33,249 bases of DNA. Source: Bdellovibrionales bacterium. Lineage in GTDB: Bacteria; Bdellovibrionota; Bdellovibrionia; Bdellovibrionales; JAGQZY01. A program made the position numbers and the translations under genes. The stretch covers positions 1-33,249 of the forward strand of contig JANPLN010000028.1 of assembly GCA_031426555.1 (NCBI GenBank). The letters are read 5' to 3'. This document shows, one piece after another, positions 1 to 8,791 of the stretch; position 1 is the stretch's first letter, and each line of letters begins with the position of its first letter. The notes beneath the pieces are model-generated. The model was not told the origin of the DNA and searched no databases. It saw nothing but the letters and a program-made list of their open reading frames with translations.

Positions 1-112
1 GTACGCCGTTCCGCTTGCGGTACGCCGTACCTTTTGGTTTAGGCTCGCGTCATAGAAAGGTACGCCGTACATTTTGGTTGAGATATGCGTCATAAAAGGT
101 TCCGGCGTACCT
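1..112. repeat. REP-like array of GGTAC-GCC-GTACC hairpins in ~40-bp units (truncated by window edge)
   Basis: gtacgccgttcc (1-12), ggtacgccgtacc (19-31), aaaggtacgccgtacattt (56-74) and inverted copy aggttccggcgtacct (97-112). Units 19-58 and 59-97 also share ttttggtt...gcgtcata-aaa. Confidence 0.7.
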
Positions 113-142
113 AAAAAATGCAGAAAAGCGTATTCTTTTGCA

Positions 143-1618
143 ATGCTTGCAAAACGAAAAACCAAAATTGTAGCGACGATTGGGCCGGCCTCTGAGAGCG
201 AAGAAATGCTCAAAAAATGTATCATGGCGGGGATGAATGTGGCCCGGCTTAACTTTAGTCATGGGGAACATGCTCAGCACCAAAAGGTGATTAAAAGCCT
301 TCTGAAGCTTTCAGAGACATTAAAAGCCCCGGTGGCTTTGTTGCAGGATCTCCAAGGACCCAAGGTTCGCGTTGGAAAGATTAAAGATATTATTCTAAAA
401 GATGGCGATGAGATTTCGATTGTCGGCAACCTTGAAGCGTCTGGCAAAAACACAATCCCTATCGATATTCAAAACTTACATCAATTTATCAAAGCGGGAG
501 ATTCAGTTCTCATCGATGACGGTTTGATCGAACTGCGTGCCAAAAAAATCCAAAAAACGCAAGTGATCTGCGAAGTGGTGCACGGCGGAATTGTGCGCAC
601 TCGCAAAGGTGTGAACCTTCCGCACACGTCGCTCCCGATGAGCAGCTTGACCGAAAAAGATCTCATCGATCTTAAGTTTGGTATTACGCAAGGCGTGGAC
701 TATGTGGCTTTGAGCTTCGTGCGCCAAGCCCGCGACATCGTGGAGCTAAGAAAGCTTTTAAAAAAATCGGCAACGCCCATTCGCGTGATTGCCAAAATCG
801 AAATGGCCGAAGCCATCGAACACTTAGAAAAAATCATCGAAGTGAGCGACGCCGTGATGGTGGCCCGCGGAGACCTTGCCGTCGAAGTGGGGCAAACGCG
901 CCTGGCGGGATTGCAAAAAAAGATTATCAGCATGTGCAACGAGATGGGCCGACCGGTTATCACCGCCACACAGATGCTCGAGAGCATGAAGGACAACCCT
1001 CGTCCCACACGGGCTGAGATCACGGATGTGGTGAACGCCGTACTGGATGGTTCGGATGCTTTAATGTTGTCCGCAGAATCCGCCAGCGGAAAGTATCCCT
1101 CCGAATCCATACGCACCATGCACGACCTGATCATGGAAGTGGAAAAAGAAGAGAACGAAATTTATCATAAAATTAATCTCGATAGTAAAATTGAACACAT
1201 CCCCGAGGCCATCTCTGTGGGCGCCTCGCTGTGTGCTCTCACTCTCGGAGCAAGCGTCATTGTTTGTCTTTCCACCACAGGAAGAACTGCGCGTTTGATA
1301 TCGCGCTTTCGTCCTAAGGCAAGTTTGGTCGCCGCCACTGACCAGGCTCATACATTGCGCGGCCTTGAATTGTGTTGGGGTGTACAAACACTCCCGATTA
1401 CGCACTCTGATATGAACGATGAATTGGTGGGCGAACTTGAGAGATTGCTTCTTTCAAACGGCCTGGTGAAAACAGGGGATCGCGTTGTCGTTACTTTGGG
1501 TCTGCCTGTGCAAAAAGGCAATAAGACCAACGCCCTTCGCGTGTTTACTGTGGGCGAAGCCAAAAAAGGGAAAGGCTCTTCGAGCAAGCCTCTCCGCTAC
1601 CAAGTCTTCCCGTTTTAG
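143..1618 (+). CDS. pyk: pyruvate kinase
   Basis: RKTKIVATIGPAS, ARLNFSHG, DLQGPKVR, MVARGDLAVE, TATQMLESM and RAEITDV motifs. ATG143 chosen because it lies just before RKTKIV. Confidence 0.97.
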   Translation: MLAKRKTKIVATIGPASESEEMLKKCIMAGMNVARLNFSHGEHAQHQKVIKSLLKLSETLKAPVALLQDLQGPKVRVGKIKDIILKDGDEISIVGNLEASGKNTIPIDIQNLHQFIKAGDSVLIDDGLIELRAKKIQKTQVICEVVHGGIVRTRKGVNLPHTSLPMSSLTEKDLIDLKFGITQGVDYVALSFVRQARDIVELRKLLKKSATPIRVIAKIEMAEAIEHLEKIIEVSDAVMVARGDLAVEVGQTRLAGLQKKIISMCNEMGRPVITATQMLESMKDNPRPTRAEITDVVNAVLDGSDALMLSAESASGKYPSESIRTMHDLIMEVEKEENEIYHKINLDSKIEHIPEAISVGASLCALTLGASVIVCLSTTGRTARLISRFRPKASLVAATDQAHTLRGLELCWGVQTLPITHSDMNDELVGELERLLLSNGLVKTGDRVVVTLGLPVQKGNKTNALRVFTVGEAKKGKGSSSKPLRYQVFPF

Positions 1619-2775
1619 GAAAGTTCCATTTTTGCAATGGTTTGTAGTTGCATGTTGGTTGTTCCCTCGTAGATCTGACCGATCTTGGCGTCGCGCCAGA
1701 ATTTTTCGGCAGGGTACTCTGAGGTGAAACCGTTACCGCCAAACAGGTCGATGGCTTGCGATGCAATTTTCTCGGCCGCGCGGGACGAAAAAAGTTTTGC
1801 AAACGCAGCTTCTTGAATAAAGTTTTTTCCAGAATCTTTCAAACGAGCCGCGTTGTAGACGAGAACACGAGAGGCTTCGAGCTGGGTGCGCATTTCGGCC
1901 AATTGAAATTGCACTGCTTGGAACTCGGAAAGTTTTTTGCCAAATTGTTCGCGAGTTTGCACATAGTTTTTCGCGGCTTCGTAGGCGCCTTGAGCAATGC
2001 CCACCATTTGTGCGCCAATTCCTATGCGGCCTTCGTTAAGAGTTTCGATGGCAATTTTGTACCCTTTGCCGATTTCGCCAAGCACGTTTTCCTTTGGCAC
2101 ATCGCAGTTTTCAAAAAGCAATTCACAGGTGGAGCTGGCGCGAATTCCCACTTTGTCTTCTTTTTTACCAACGGTAAAACCTTTAAAGTCTTTTTCGACG
2201 ATAAAAGCCGTAATCCCTTTGTAGCCTCGCGATGGATCGAGATTGGCAAAACAAATGAACACGCTGGCCTCTTTGCCGTTGGTGATCCAAAGCTTATGGC
2301 CACTGAGAACGTATTTGTCGCCCTTGTTTTCAGCTCTCAGTTTGAGAGCGAAGGCATCAGAGCCCGAAACACTCTCAGACAGCGCATAGGCGCCGACCCA
2401 TTCTTTAGCAAGGCGGGGAAGATATTTTTCTTTTAAGCTGTCGGAGCCCCACTTTAAAAAAGCGTTTGTGACTAAAGTGTTTTGTACATCGAGAAGAACA
2501 CTCACCGAGGCATCCACGCGCGCAATTTCTTCCACGGCGATACAGGCCATTGTGAAAGAGCCACCGGCGCCGCCGAAATTTTCGGGAGTTTCGATGCCCA
2601 TGACTCCCATTTCGAAAAGTTGTTTCACAACTTCTGGATCCATCTTCTGTTCGCTGTCCATTTTGTGGACCTTGGGTTTGATTTCGGATTCTGCAAATTC
2701 TCTAATGGCGTGGCGAAATGCCGTTTCGTCTTCGGAAAAATCAGTGGATGCATAGCGTACTTCAGTCGTTGACAT
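1615..2775 (-). CDS. acyl-CoA dehydrogenase (short/branched-chain type)
   Basis: YALSESVSGSDA, GHKLWITNG, REQFGK, FGGNGF and IYEGTTNMQ motifs; SD GAGGAGG upstream; stop overlaps the pyk stop. Confidence 0.95.
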   Translation of the reverse strand: MSTTEVRYASTDFSEDETAFRHAIREFAESEIKPKVHKMDSEQKMDPEVVKQLFEMGVMGIETPENFGGAGGSFTMACIAVEEIARVDASVSVLLDVQNTLVTNAFLKWGSDSLKEKYLPRLAKEWVGAYALSESVSGSDAFALKLRAENKGDKYVLSGHKLWITNGKEASVFICFANLDPSRGYKGITAFIVEKDFKGFTVGKKEDKVGIRASSTCELLFENCDVPKENVLGEIGKGYKIAIETLNEGRIGIGAQMVGIAQGAYEAAKNYVQTREQFGKKLSEFQAVQFQLAEMRTQLEASRVLVYNAARLKDSGKNFIQEAAFAKLFSSRAAEKIASQAIDLFGGNGFTSEYPAEKFWRDAKIGQIYEGTTNMQLQTIAKMELS

Positions 2776-2850
2776 AGGACCTCCTCAAAAGCGCTAATCT
2801 AATGAAAACAGGGCCCGTTGGCAATGATGCGGTCTAACATAATGGGCTTG

Positions 2851-2879
2851 TTGACATACCCCATGGGGGTATGTAGGAT
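2851..2879 (+). promoter_or_regulatory. sigma70 promoter (TTGACA-17-TAGGAT) with embedded CsoR-family operator ACATACCCC-ATG-GGGGTATGT
   Basis: TTGACA 2851-2856 and TAGGAT 2874-2879; perfect 9-bp inverted repeat 2854-2874 with the TAC-C tract/G tract-GTA form typical of CsoR/RcnR operators; csoR lies in the downstream operon. Confidence 0.88.
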
Positions 2880-2885
2880 CAGGGC

Positions 2886-3506
2886 ATGTTGAATCTTATC
2901 GCATCCTTATTTCTGAGTCTTTTGTTGCACGCCCACCCCGTAACCTACGAGGACGGTTTGATGTTGAAGAGCATGGCCAGAGAGGACATGAGTGAGACCT
3001 CAGTCACGTACACCTTCGCGCCGCGATTTGCAGTGGGGCTCGAGTACGATCGCTTAGAAATGAACCAGCTCGAAACCTCTTGGGGGCTTTTGGAGCTTAA
3101 TGCTTTAGTAAAGCGCTGGAATGGTGAGCACTCACAAGCAAATATTTACTTATTAACCGGCGCCGGTGGTTATTGGAATGATCAGCAAGCGACTTCGTTT
3201 GCTGGAAAATTAGGCTTACAGGCCGATTACGAGACACGGAGGTTCTACACCTTAGGATCATACACGACATGGCAATCGGAGGATGTGGAATCTTACTATG
3301 CTTTGTATCGTGTAGGTTACGCCCCGTTTGTGGCGGGCTACTATGATTTGAATGTTTGGGTGATCGCGCAGTTTGATTACAATCCCGATATGCGAAGCGA
3401 AGTGCAGGTGACGCCGTTTCTCAGATTTTTTTACAAAAACGTTTTGTGGGAAATGGGCGCAAGCCTGCGCGGAAATTTATACTGGCAGTTTATGGTGCAT
3501 TTATAA
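2886..3506 (+). CDS. hypothetical exported protein, putative outer-membrane beta-barrel (first gene of metal operon)
   Basis: Signal peptide ending LHA; alternating aromatic beta-strand pattern; C-terminus YWQFMVHL. Confidence 0.7.
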   Translation: MLNLIASLFLSLLLHAHPVTYEDGLMLKSMAREDMSETSVTYTFAPRFAVGLEYDRLEMNQLETSWGLLELNALVKRWNGEHSQANIYLLTGAGGYWNDQQATSFAGKLGLQADYETRRFYTLGSYTTWQSEDVESYYALYRVGYAPFVAGYYDLNVWVIAQFDYNPDMRSEVQVTPFLRFFYKNVLWEMGASLRGNLYWQFMVHL

Positions 3507-3531
3507 CACGTCATCCTTACAGGAGAATCAA

Positions 3532-3864
3532 ATGAAAGTTTTATTGATAATATTGATGTTGAGTTCCACAGCCCTGGCGGCAGAGCCAGCGACCAAAGCC
3601 GCAAAAACCGAAACGGCGCCACTGCCCGCAAGTGGTGTCATCATCTCGGTGAAGGGCATGGTGTGCTCTTTTTGTGCTCAAGGCATTGAGAAAAAACTCA
3701 AAGCCTTTAAAGAAGTGAAATCAGTGAATGTGGACCTCGACACTAAAAAAGTGGACGTGCAGTTTGTTGCGGGTCAGAATTTGGCAACGGAAAAAATACA
3801 GGAAACCATTAAAAACGCTGGCTACGATGTGACCGACGTCAAGATTCTTAGGCCTCTGCAGTGA
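3532..3864 (+). CDS. periplasmic heavy-metal-associated (HMA) domain protein, MerP/CopZ-like
   Basis: Signal peptide (ALA); GMVCSFC metal motif; C-terminal IKNAGY; SD AGGAG. Confidence 0.9.
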   Translation: MKVLLIILMLSSTALAAEPATKAAKTETAPLPASGVIISVKGMVCSFCAQGIEKKLKAFKEVKSVNVDLDTKKVDVQFVAGQNLATEKIQETIKNAGYDVTDVKILRPLQ

Positions 3865-4223
3865 AGCAACGGCTCGTTAGTTTCTTAACGCTTTTCACGT
3901 CGGCGAGCACGTTGGTCTGTTGCGCGCTTCCAGCAGTGCTCGTGTCGTTGGGGATGGGTGCTGCGCTCTCGGGCTTTTTGAGTCAGTTTCCGCAGCTCAT
4001 ATGGATTTCCGAAAACAAAGTGTCGGTGTTTTCTGTGGCGGCAGTGTGTTTGGCAGTGGCTGGTTTTTTTCAGTGGCGCGCGCAGTACGAGCCTTGCCCC
4101 ATAGATCCGAAACTTCGCGAGGCTTGTTTGTGGTCGCGCCGCTGGGGCTTGCGCCTTTATCTGGCATCCTTTGTTCTGTTTTTGGTGGGTTTCTTTTTTG
4201 GCTTTTTAATAACGTTATTTTGA
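3861..4223 (+). CDS. MerT/MerC-like small metal transporter (3 TM)
   Basis: Cys20-Cys21 pair in TM1 (STLVCCALP); loop CPIDPKLREAC; GTG start overlaps the upstream stop (GTGA). Confidence 0.75.
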   Translation: MKQRLVSFLTLFTSASTLVCCALPAVLVSLGMGAALSGFLSQFPQLIWISENKVSVFSVAAVCLAVAGFFQWRAQYEPCPIDPKLREACLWSRRWGLRLYLASFVLFLVGFFFGFLITLF

Positions 4224-4229
4224 GGTTGT

Positions 4230-4508
4230 ATGAAAAAAAATGCCGACCATTCCTCCGATTTGCAAAGGCTCAAACGGGTCTCGGGTCAAATTGAGGGAAT
4301 AAAAAAAATGATCGAAGAAAAACGCTACTGTACCGATATTTTAATGCAAACCAAAGCGGTGCGGGCAGCGCTCAAAGCGCTCGAAGTTTCTATTTTGGAA
4401 AAACATCTCAATCATTGTGTTGTGGGTGCCTTCGAATCCAAAAGTAAAGTGGATAGCCAAAAAAAAGTGGATGAAATTCTTGAACTCTTTGCAAAGAATT
4501 TAGCCTGA
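4230..4508 (+). CDS. csoR: metal-sensitive transcriptional repressor, CsoR family
   Basis: RLKRVSGQIEGI, Y33-C34, H59-x3-C63 and E82 match the x-C-H-C fingerprint; SD GAGG. Confidence 0.88.
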   Translation: MKKNADHSSDLQRLKRVSGQIEGIKKMIEEKRYCTDILMQTKAVRAALKALEVSILEKHLNHCVVGAFESKSKVDSQKKVDEILELFAKNLA

Positions 4509-5563
4509 TGACAGACCATTGCGCCCATCACCCAGCAGAAAACAAAAATCATCAACACCAGGATCATTGCCATACTCCCGCGCGAAAGGACTGGCTCTAT
4601 CTTATCAGTCTTAGCATTATTGCGGTCACTTATGTTTTGCACCTCGCACAAATTGACGGTGGGATTCCTTGGTTTATCACCTTTCAGCATAAAACCTTCG
4701 AGCTGATGAACGATATGTGGTGGGGAATCGCCATTAGTATTTTTGCAGTGGGCTTTCTATCTAAAATTCCGCGAGAACTGGTGATGACTTATTTTGGTTC
4801 CAAATCGCGCATGGGAGGTCTGTTGAAGGCGACCATGGCGGGGACACTGTTTGATTTATGCAATCATGGAATTTTAATTTTAGCTGCCAAGATATACGAG
4901 CGCGGCGCAAGCCTCGGGCAAACCGTGGCGTTTTTAATTGCCAGTCCTTGGAACTCGTTTTCATTGACGCTAATTTTGTACACCTTGATTGGCGGGGACT
5001 TAACGCTTTATTTTTTAATTATGTCCATGGTGATTGCCATCATCACTGGATGGATTTTTGATGAACTGGTGGAGCGAAAAATTTTGCCGGCCAATCCCAA
5101 CGCGTTTCAGGGAGCGCAGCTAGGTTCCCAGCCTTTCAAAATAGAGTGGAACAAAGCGTATCTTATGTCCATCCTCAAAACTGGGTTTGCGGAATCAAAA
5201 ATGATTCTCAAATGGATTTTTGTCGGGACTATCCTCTCGGCACTCGTCGCAACCTTTGTTCCTGCTGAGTTTTTTAAAGAATACTTTGGCCCAACACTGA
5301 AAGGTCTCTTCGCTACGCTTGCGGCGGCCACAGGTCTTGAAGTGTGTTCGGAAGGCTCAGTGCCACTGGCTGCCGATTTGGTGCGCGTGGCGAAAGCCCC
5401 CGGCAATGCGTTTATTTTTTTAATGGCTGGTGTAGCTACAGACTTCACCGAGTTTATGGTGCTTCGCCAAACTACAAAATCGTGGAAGATCGCGGCGCTC
5501 GTGCCTATCATCACCGTGCCGCAGATTCTCGTACTTGGGTGGCTATTGAATATTTGGTCGTAG
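4508..5563 (+). CDS. DUF318/ArsP-family permease with His/Cys-rich N-terminus
   Basis: Multi-TM protein with two repeats (DLCNHG...GASLG..VAFLIASP and EVCSEG...PGNAFIFLMAG); 7 His and 2 Cys in the first 22 aa; TGATG coupling to csoR. Confidence 0.82.
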   Translation: MTDHCAHHPAENKNHQHQDHCHTPARKDWLYLISLSIIAVTYVLHLAQIDGGIPWFITFQHKTFELMNDMWWGIAISIFAVGFLSKIPRELVMTYFGSKSRMGGLLKATMAGTLFDLCNHGILILAAKIYERGASLGQTVAFLIASPWNSFSLTLILYTLIGGDLTLYFLIMSMVIAIITGWIFDELVERKILPANPNAFQGAQLGSQPFKIEWNKAYLMSILKTGFAESKMILKWIFVGTILSALVATFVPAEFFKEYFGPTLKGLFATLAAATGLEVCSEGSVPLAADLVRVAKAPGNAFIFLMAGVATDFTEFMVLRQTTKSWKIAALVPIITVPQILVLGWLLNIWS

Positions 5564-5705
5564 CTCGAGCAAATATCGACTCCTCAATTCTGCGGATTGT
5601 GTCATGCTTTTCACCTTTTTACTTTCCCCCGCTTTTTATTAAGACAGAGGATCGAAAATAACTTAAAGGATTCTTGACGAAAGTTGCTTATTTTCGGGGG
5701 TTCTT

Positions 5706-8342
5706 ATGAGGGGTTTATTCAAAATTTCAAACGTGTTGTTGGGCTTTCTCGTAACGCCCAGTCTTGCCATGGCGTTTTACAATGGCAGCTGCGGGTCACA
5801 AGGGGAGTGGGTTTCTGAGGCCCTTTCCCAGTCGGATTCCATTCGGCAGGCTGTTGAGCGTTTGAAAAACGATCCAAACTGCACCGGAATTGAAGCCGCG
5901 GTCAAAGTGATGAGCCAGGACTCCGATGGAAAACAAAACCCTGTGTTTTTGCAAAGTTACAGTCAATTAAATCGCGAAATCCGTGATTTAAGAATGATGA
6001 GCACGGAGGGGTCTAGCGGCTTTAAACAACGGGTCACAGATATTCTGATGAATCGAGTGGTTTCTGAAGCGGATGTGGCTAACAAATCGGGACAAATGCT
6101 TTCTCACAAAGACGCGCAGTTCAATGCAAACAGCTTAACCAGTTTAGATCAACGCGTGGCTCGCGCTTTAGACACGACCTTCACAGGCGCTAACGAAGTT
6201 CTTAACATATTGCCCAATTTGCAATCCTGTTTCAATAATCGTCCCAACGAAGCCATGGCTATTTTCGCCGCGTTGGTTCGCATCGGTGGCGCCGCCATCG
6301 ATGGTGGCGAAGGGGTTACTAGCCGTGCGGGTGGTTTTTTGGCAAATTTGGTATCGTTTGCGCGTAATAATCAGTACGCAAAAGTTTTGAGCCAGATCAA
6401 CGAGAAACAGTATTGGACGTCCATGTCTTGCCTTATCGAAACCTCCGCGCAGGCTTACTGCACAGCCAAAGATGCCTATGTGATCCTTGAAGATCAAAAA
6501 AAGTTACGAATTGAAGAGCGCGAAAAAGTTCTTCAGGGCGATGAAAGCCCTCTGCGTGGATACTATCTTTTGGTGCGCGAAATCCCGCGCGTCTCGGACT
6601 GGCTACAGCGTGTTCTCATCGGTTTGCCTCCGCAGATGAATTCCCAAGCTGATTTCCAAAAGAGTGTCAACAATGCCTATTTGGGATTACTGAATGACCG
6701 ACTTTCGCTGGAAGGGCATTATTCGCAAAAACTGCAAACCTATCGGAGCGCCTATGGCACGGATGAAAAAGGCAGCGAGCAGCTCTTACAGGCGAAAAGA
6801 GCGTTTGTAATCACTTTGCTGCAAGAGATATTACAAATCATGTACAGCCGTGGCGACGAAGTAAACTTTTTCCAAATGACCGTTCCAGACACCGTTGCAC
6901 CCTTTGTACTTTTGGGAACTGACATGCCGGAAGATCTTCGGAAAGCCGATGCCGTTATGACCTGGTTTAAATTTTTACAAGTGAACATGAATGACTATCC
7001 TCCTTTAGCGAACCCTGACGAAGCGATGTTAAGGTTAAAAACAAACATGGATCAACTTTTAGAGACTGTGATGTCGACAGGTGCCCTGTACTTTGCCACC
7101 TGGTACATTCCGGATGCAACGCGCGTTGTGGATGAGGCGGTTTCCATAGAACCGCCTAATATTCTGCAAAGTCTGCAAAATATTAATAAGTACTTAGATC
7201 AATCAATGATTCGCTATCTTTCAGGTCGCAAATTGAAGGCCGCAACTCTAGAAAATGAAATAACTGCGCTGGAAGAGCAGTATGCCGCTGGAAATCAGGA
7301 TGTCTGGCGTCTGTTGCAACGAAAGAAAAACCTGCTTGAATTTTATCAAGACATGACGATCCTCCCATCGCTTAAAGACACGCGCCTGCGGATTACAAAG
7401 GTTTTAAAAGTTTTTGAAGAGAGGGAAGCGAGAATTGCCGAAAGCCAATCAGGAGCCTTTGACGATTTTGTAACTCTCAAAGATGACCAGCAGGCCAGGG
7501 ATGATTTTTTTCTCGATATGATTCTAAAAGAATCTCAGGAAACAACAACTCCACGGAAAGATTTAAAAGCGATTGATCAAGAAATTCTGCAGGTCGCTTT
7601 TTCTGAATTCAATGTCATGTTGCAGAGAGATACGTTTCTTTTTAACCGGTTTTATAATTATATTATGAGCGAATACATGGAGCGAGTTCAGGATAACAAC
7701 GAACAGGATCAGTATCTCCGCGATTTGCTGACTGTCACTGGTCGTAATCTGATCAATCGTTTTGTGTCGATCAATCGTCTCAATCCCAACAGTACAAGCA
7801 TGGATTTAAGCCAAGCGCAGCCAATCAACTTAGAAAATCTAGAAGCCCTAGAAAAACTTTTTGCGAAGGATCTAAAAGTCTCGATTTGTAAAATCACATT
7901 GCGTATCGGCGGGACAAAGGAACAAACGGAAGCTTGCGAATGTGTGGTCAATACGAATGGCGAGATCGACACTCCGAGACTTTCGTCTCTTGGGATCAGA
8001 TTTTGCGGTTCCGTTCGCTTGAAATATGGCAGCGATGTTGATAAATCTTTAAAGGGGGACGATGAGTTTAAGTCCTATTCGCAACTCAAAGCAAAATATT
8101 GTATTCAGGCTTTGGCTTTCCCAACATTGTGGGAAGGATTTCAAAAAATTTGTGAAGATACAGTTCTGGAAAGTCAGTTTTCGAAAGAAGCAGAGTTGGA
8201 CCAAATTAAGGTCAACGCATCCTTCGATTCCTATGCCAGCGAATTCTCATCTGATGATAAGACTTCGGATCGAATTTGTGCTTTGCGAGATTACATGCGA
8301 AAGAATCAGGTTTATTGGCTTTTGAATAAACAAACCTACTAG
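5706..8342 (+). CDS. large secreted hypothetical protein (878 aa)
   Basis: Long ORF; signal peptide ending AMA; SD GGGGG; helical/coiled-coil middle; Cys clusters at both ends; no recognised domain. Confidence 0.8.
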   Translation: MRGLFKISNVLLGFLVTPSLAMAFYNGSCGSQGEWVSEALSQSDSIRQAVERLKNDPNCTGIEAAVKVMSQDSDGKQNPVFLQSYSQLNREIRDLRMMSTEGSSGFKQRVTDILMNRVVSEADVANKSGQMLSHKDAQFNANSLTSLDQRVARALDTTFTGANEVLNILPNLQSCFNNRPNEAMAIFAALVRIGGAAIDGGEGVTSRAGGFLANLVSFARNNQYAKVLSQINEKQYWTSMSCLIETSAQAYCTAKDAYVILEDQKKLRIEEREKVLQGDESPLRGYYLLVREIPRVSDWLQRVLIGLPPQMNSQADFQKSVNNAYLGLLNDRLSLEGHYSQKLQTYRSAYGTDEKGSEQLLQAKRAFVITLLQEILQIMYSRGDEVNFFQMTVPDTVAPFVLLGTDMPEDLRKADAVMTWFKFLQVNMNDYPPLANPDEAMLRLKTNMDQLLETVMSTGALYFATWYIPDATRVVDEAVSIEPPNILQSLQNINKYLDQSMIRYLSGRKLKAATLENEITALEEQYAAGNQDVWRLLQRKKNLLEFYQDMTILPSLKDTRLRITKVLKVFEEREARIAESQSGAFDDFVTLKDDQQARDDFFLDMILKESQETTTPRKDLKAIDQEILQVAFSEFNVMLQRDTFLFNRFYNYIMSEYMERVQDNNEQDQYLRDLLTVTGRNLINRFVSINRLNPNSTSMDLSQAQPINLENLEALEKLFAKDLKVSICKITLRIGGTKEQTEACECVVNTNGEIDTPRLSSLGIRFCGSVRLKYGSDVDKSLKGDDEFKSYSQLKAKYCIQALAFPTLWEGFQKICEDTVLESQFSKEAELDQIKVNASFDSYASEFSSDDKTSDRICALRDYMRKNQVYWLLNKQTY

Positions 8343-8356
8343 TTAAGTTAAAAGGT

Positions 8357-8370
8357 TGTCGCTAAAACAG
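8357..8370 (+). repeat. 14-bp direct repeat, left copy (TGTCGCTAAAACAG)
   Basis: Exact copy at 8714-8727. Confidence 0.85.
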
Positions 8371-8425
8371 CCGTGATAAGTTTTTTGACATAAATACTTT
8401 ACCAAAAACTTCGAGGAGAATTCTT

Positions 8426-8707
8426 TTGAAAAAAGCGATATGGAATGGTGTTACCGTGGCCGAAAGTGATAAAACAATTGAAGTCGAAGGGAATCATTAT
8501 TTTCCTCATGATAGTATCAATAAGGCGCTCTTTAAACCGAGTCCTACTCACACCACTTGTGGATGGAAAGGGCTCGCTAGTTACTACACACTAGAAGTTG
8601 AAGGTAAAAAGAATCCTGACGCTGCTTGGTTTTATTCCGATCCAAAAGAGGCGGCAAAAAATATAAAGAATTATGTGGCTTTTTGGAAAGGTGTCATCAT
8701 TCAATAA
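8426..8707 (+). CDS. DUF427 domain protein
   Basis: KAIWNGVTVAESD, VEGNHYFP, TTCGWKGLASYY and NPDAAWFY motifs; TTG start with SD GAGGAG. Confidence 0.9.
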   Translation: MKKAIWNGVTVAESDKTIEVEGNHYFPHDSINKALFKPSPTHTTCGWKGLASYYTLEVEGKKNPDAAWFYSDPKEAAKNIKNYVAFWKGVIIQ

Positions 8708-8713
8708 AAAAGA

Positions 8714-8727
8714 TGTCGCTAAAACAG
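8714..8727 (+). repeat. 14-bp direct repeat, right copy (TGTCGCTAAAACAG)
   Basis: Exact copy of 8357-8370, 7 bp after the DUF427 stop. Confidence 0.85.
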
Positions 8728-8791
8728 GCAGCAGCAAAGGATTTGCAATGGGTTCTGGACATCCTGCAATTTTTTGTTTTACAGTCTTAAT

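Noticed and set aside
1..112. CRISPR-like periodicity
   Set aside because: The period is only ~40 bp, the spacers resemble each other and one copy is inverted.
1756..2436. Long antisense/alternative-frame ORFs (also 12407-13039, 17790-18395, 29811-30332, 11735-12204)
   Set aside because: Shadows of well-supported genes on the opposite strand, with no motifs of their own.
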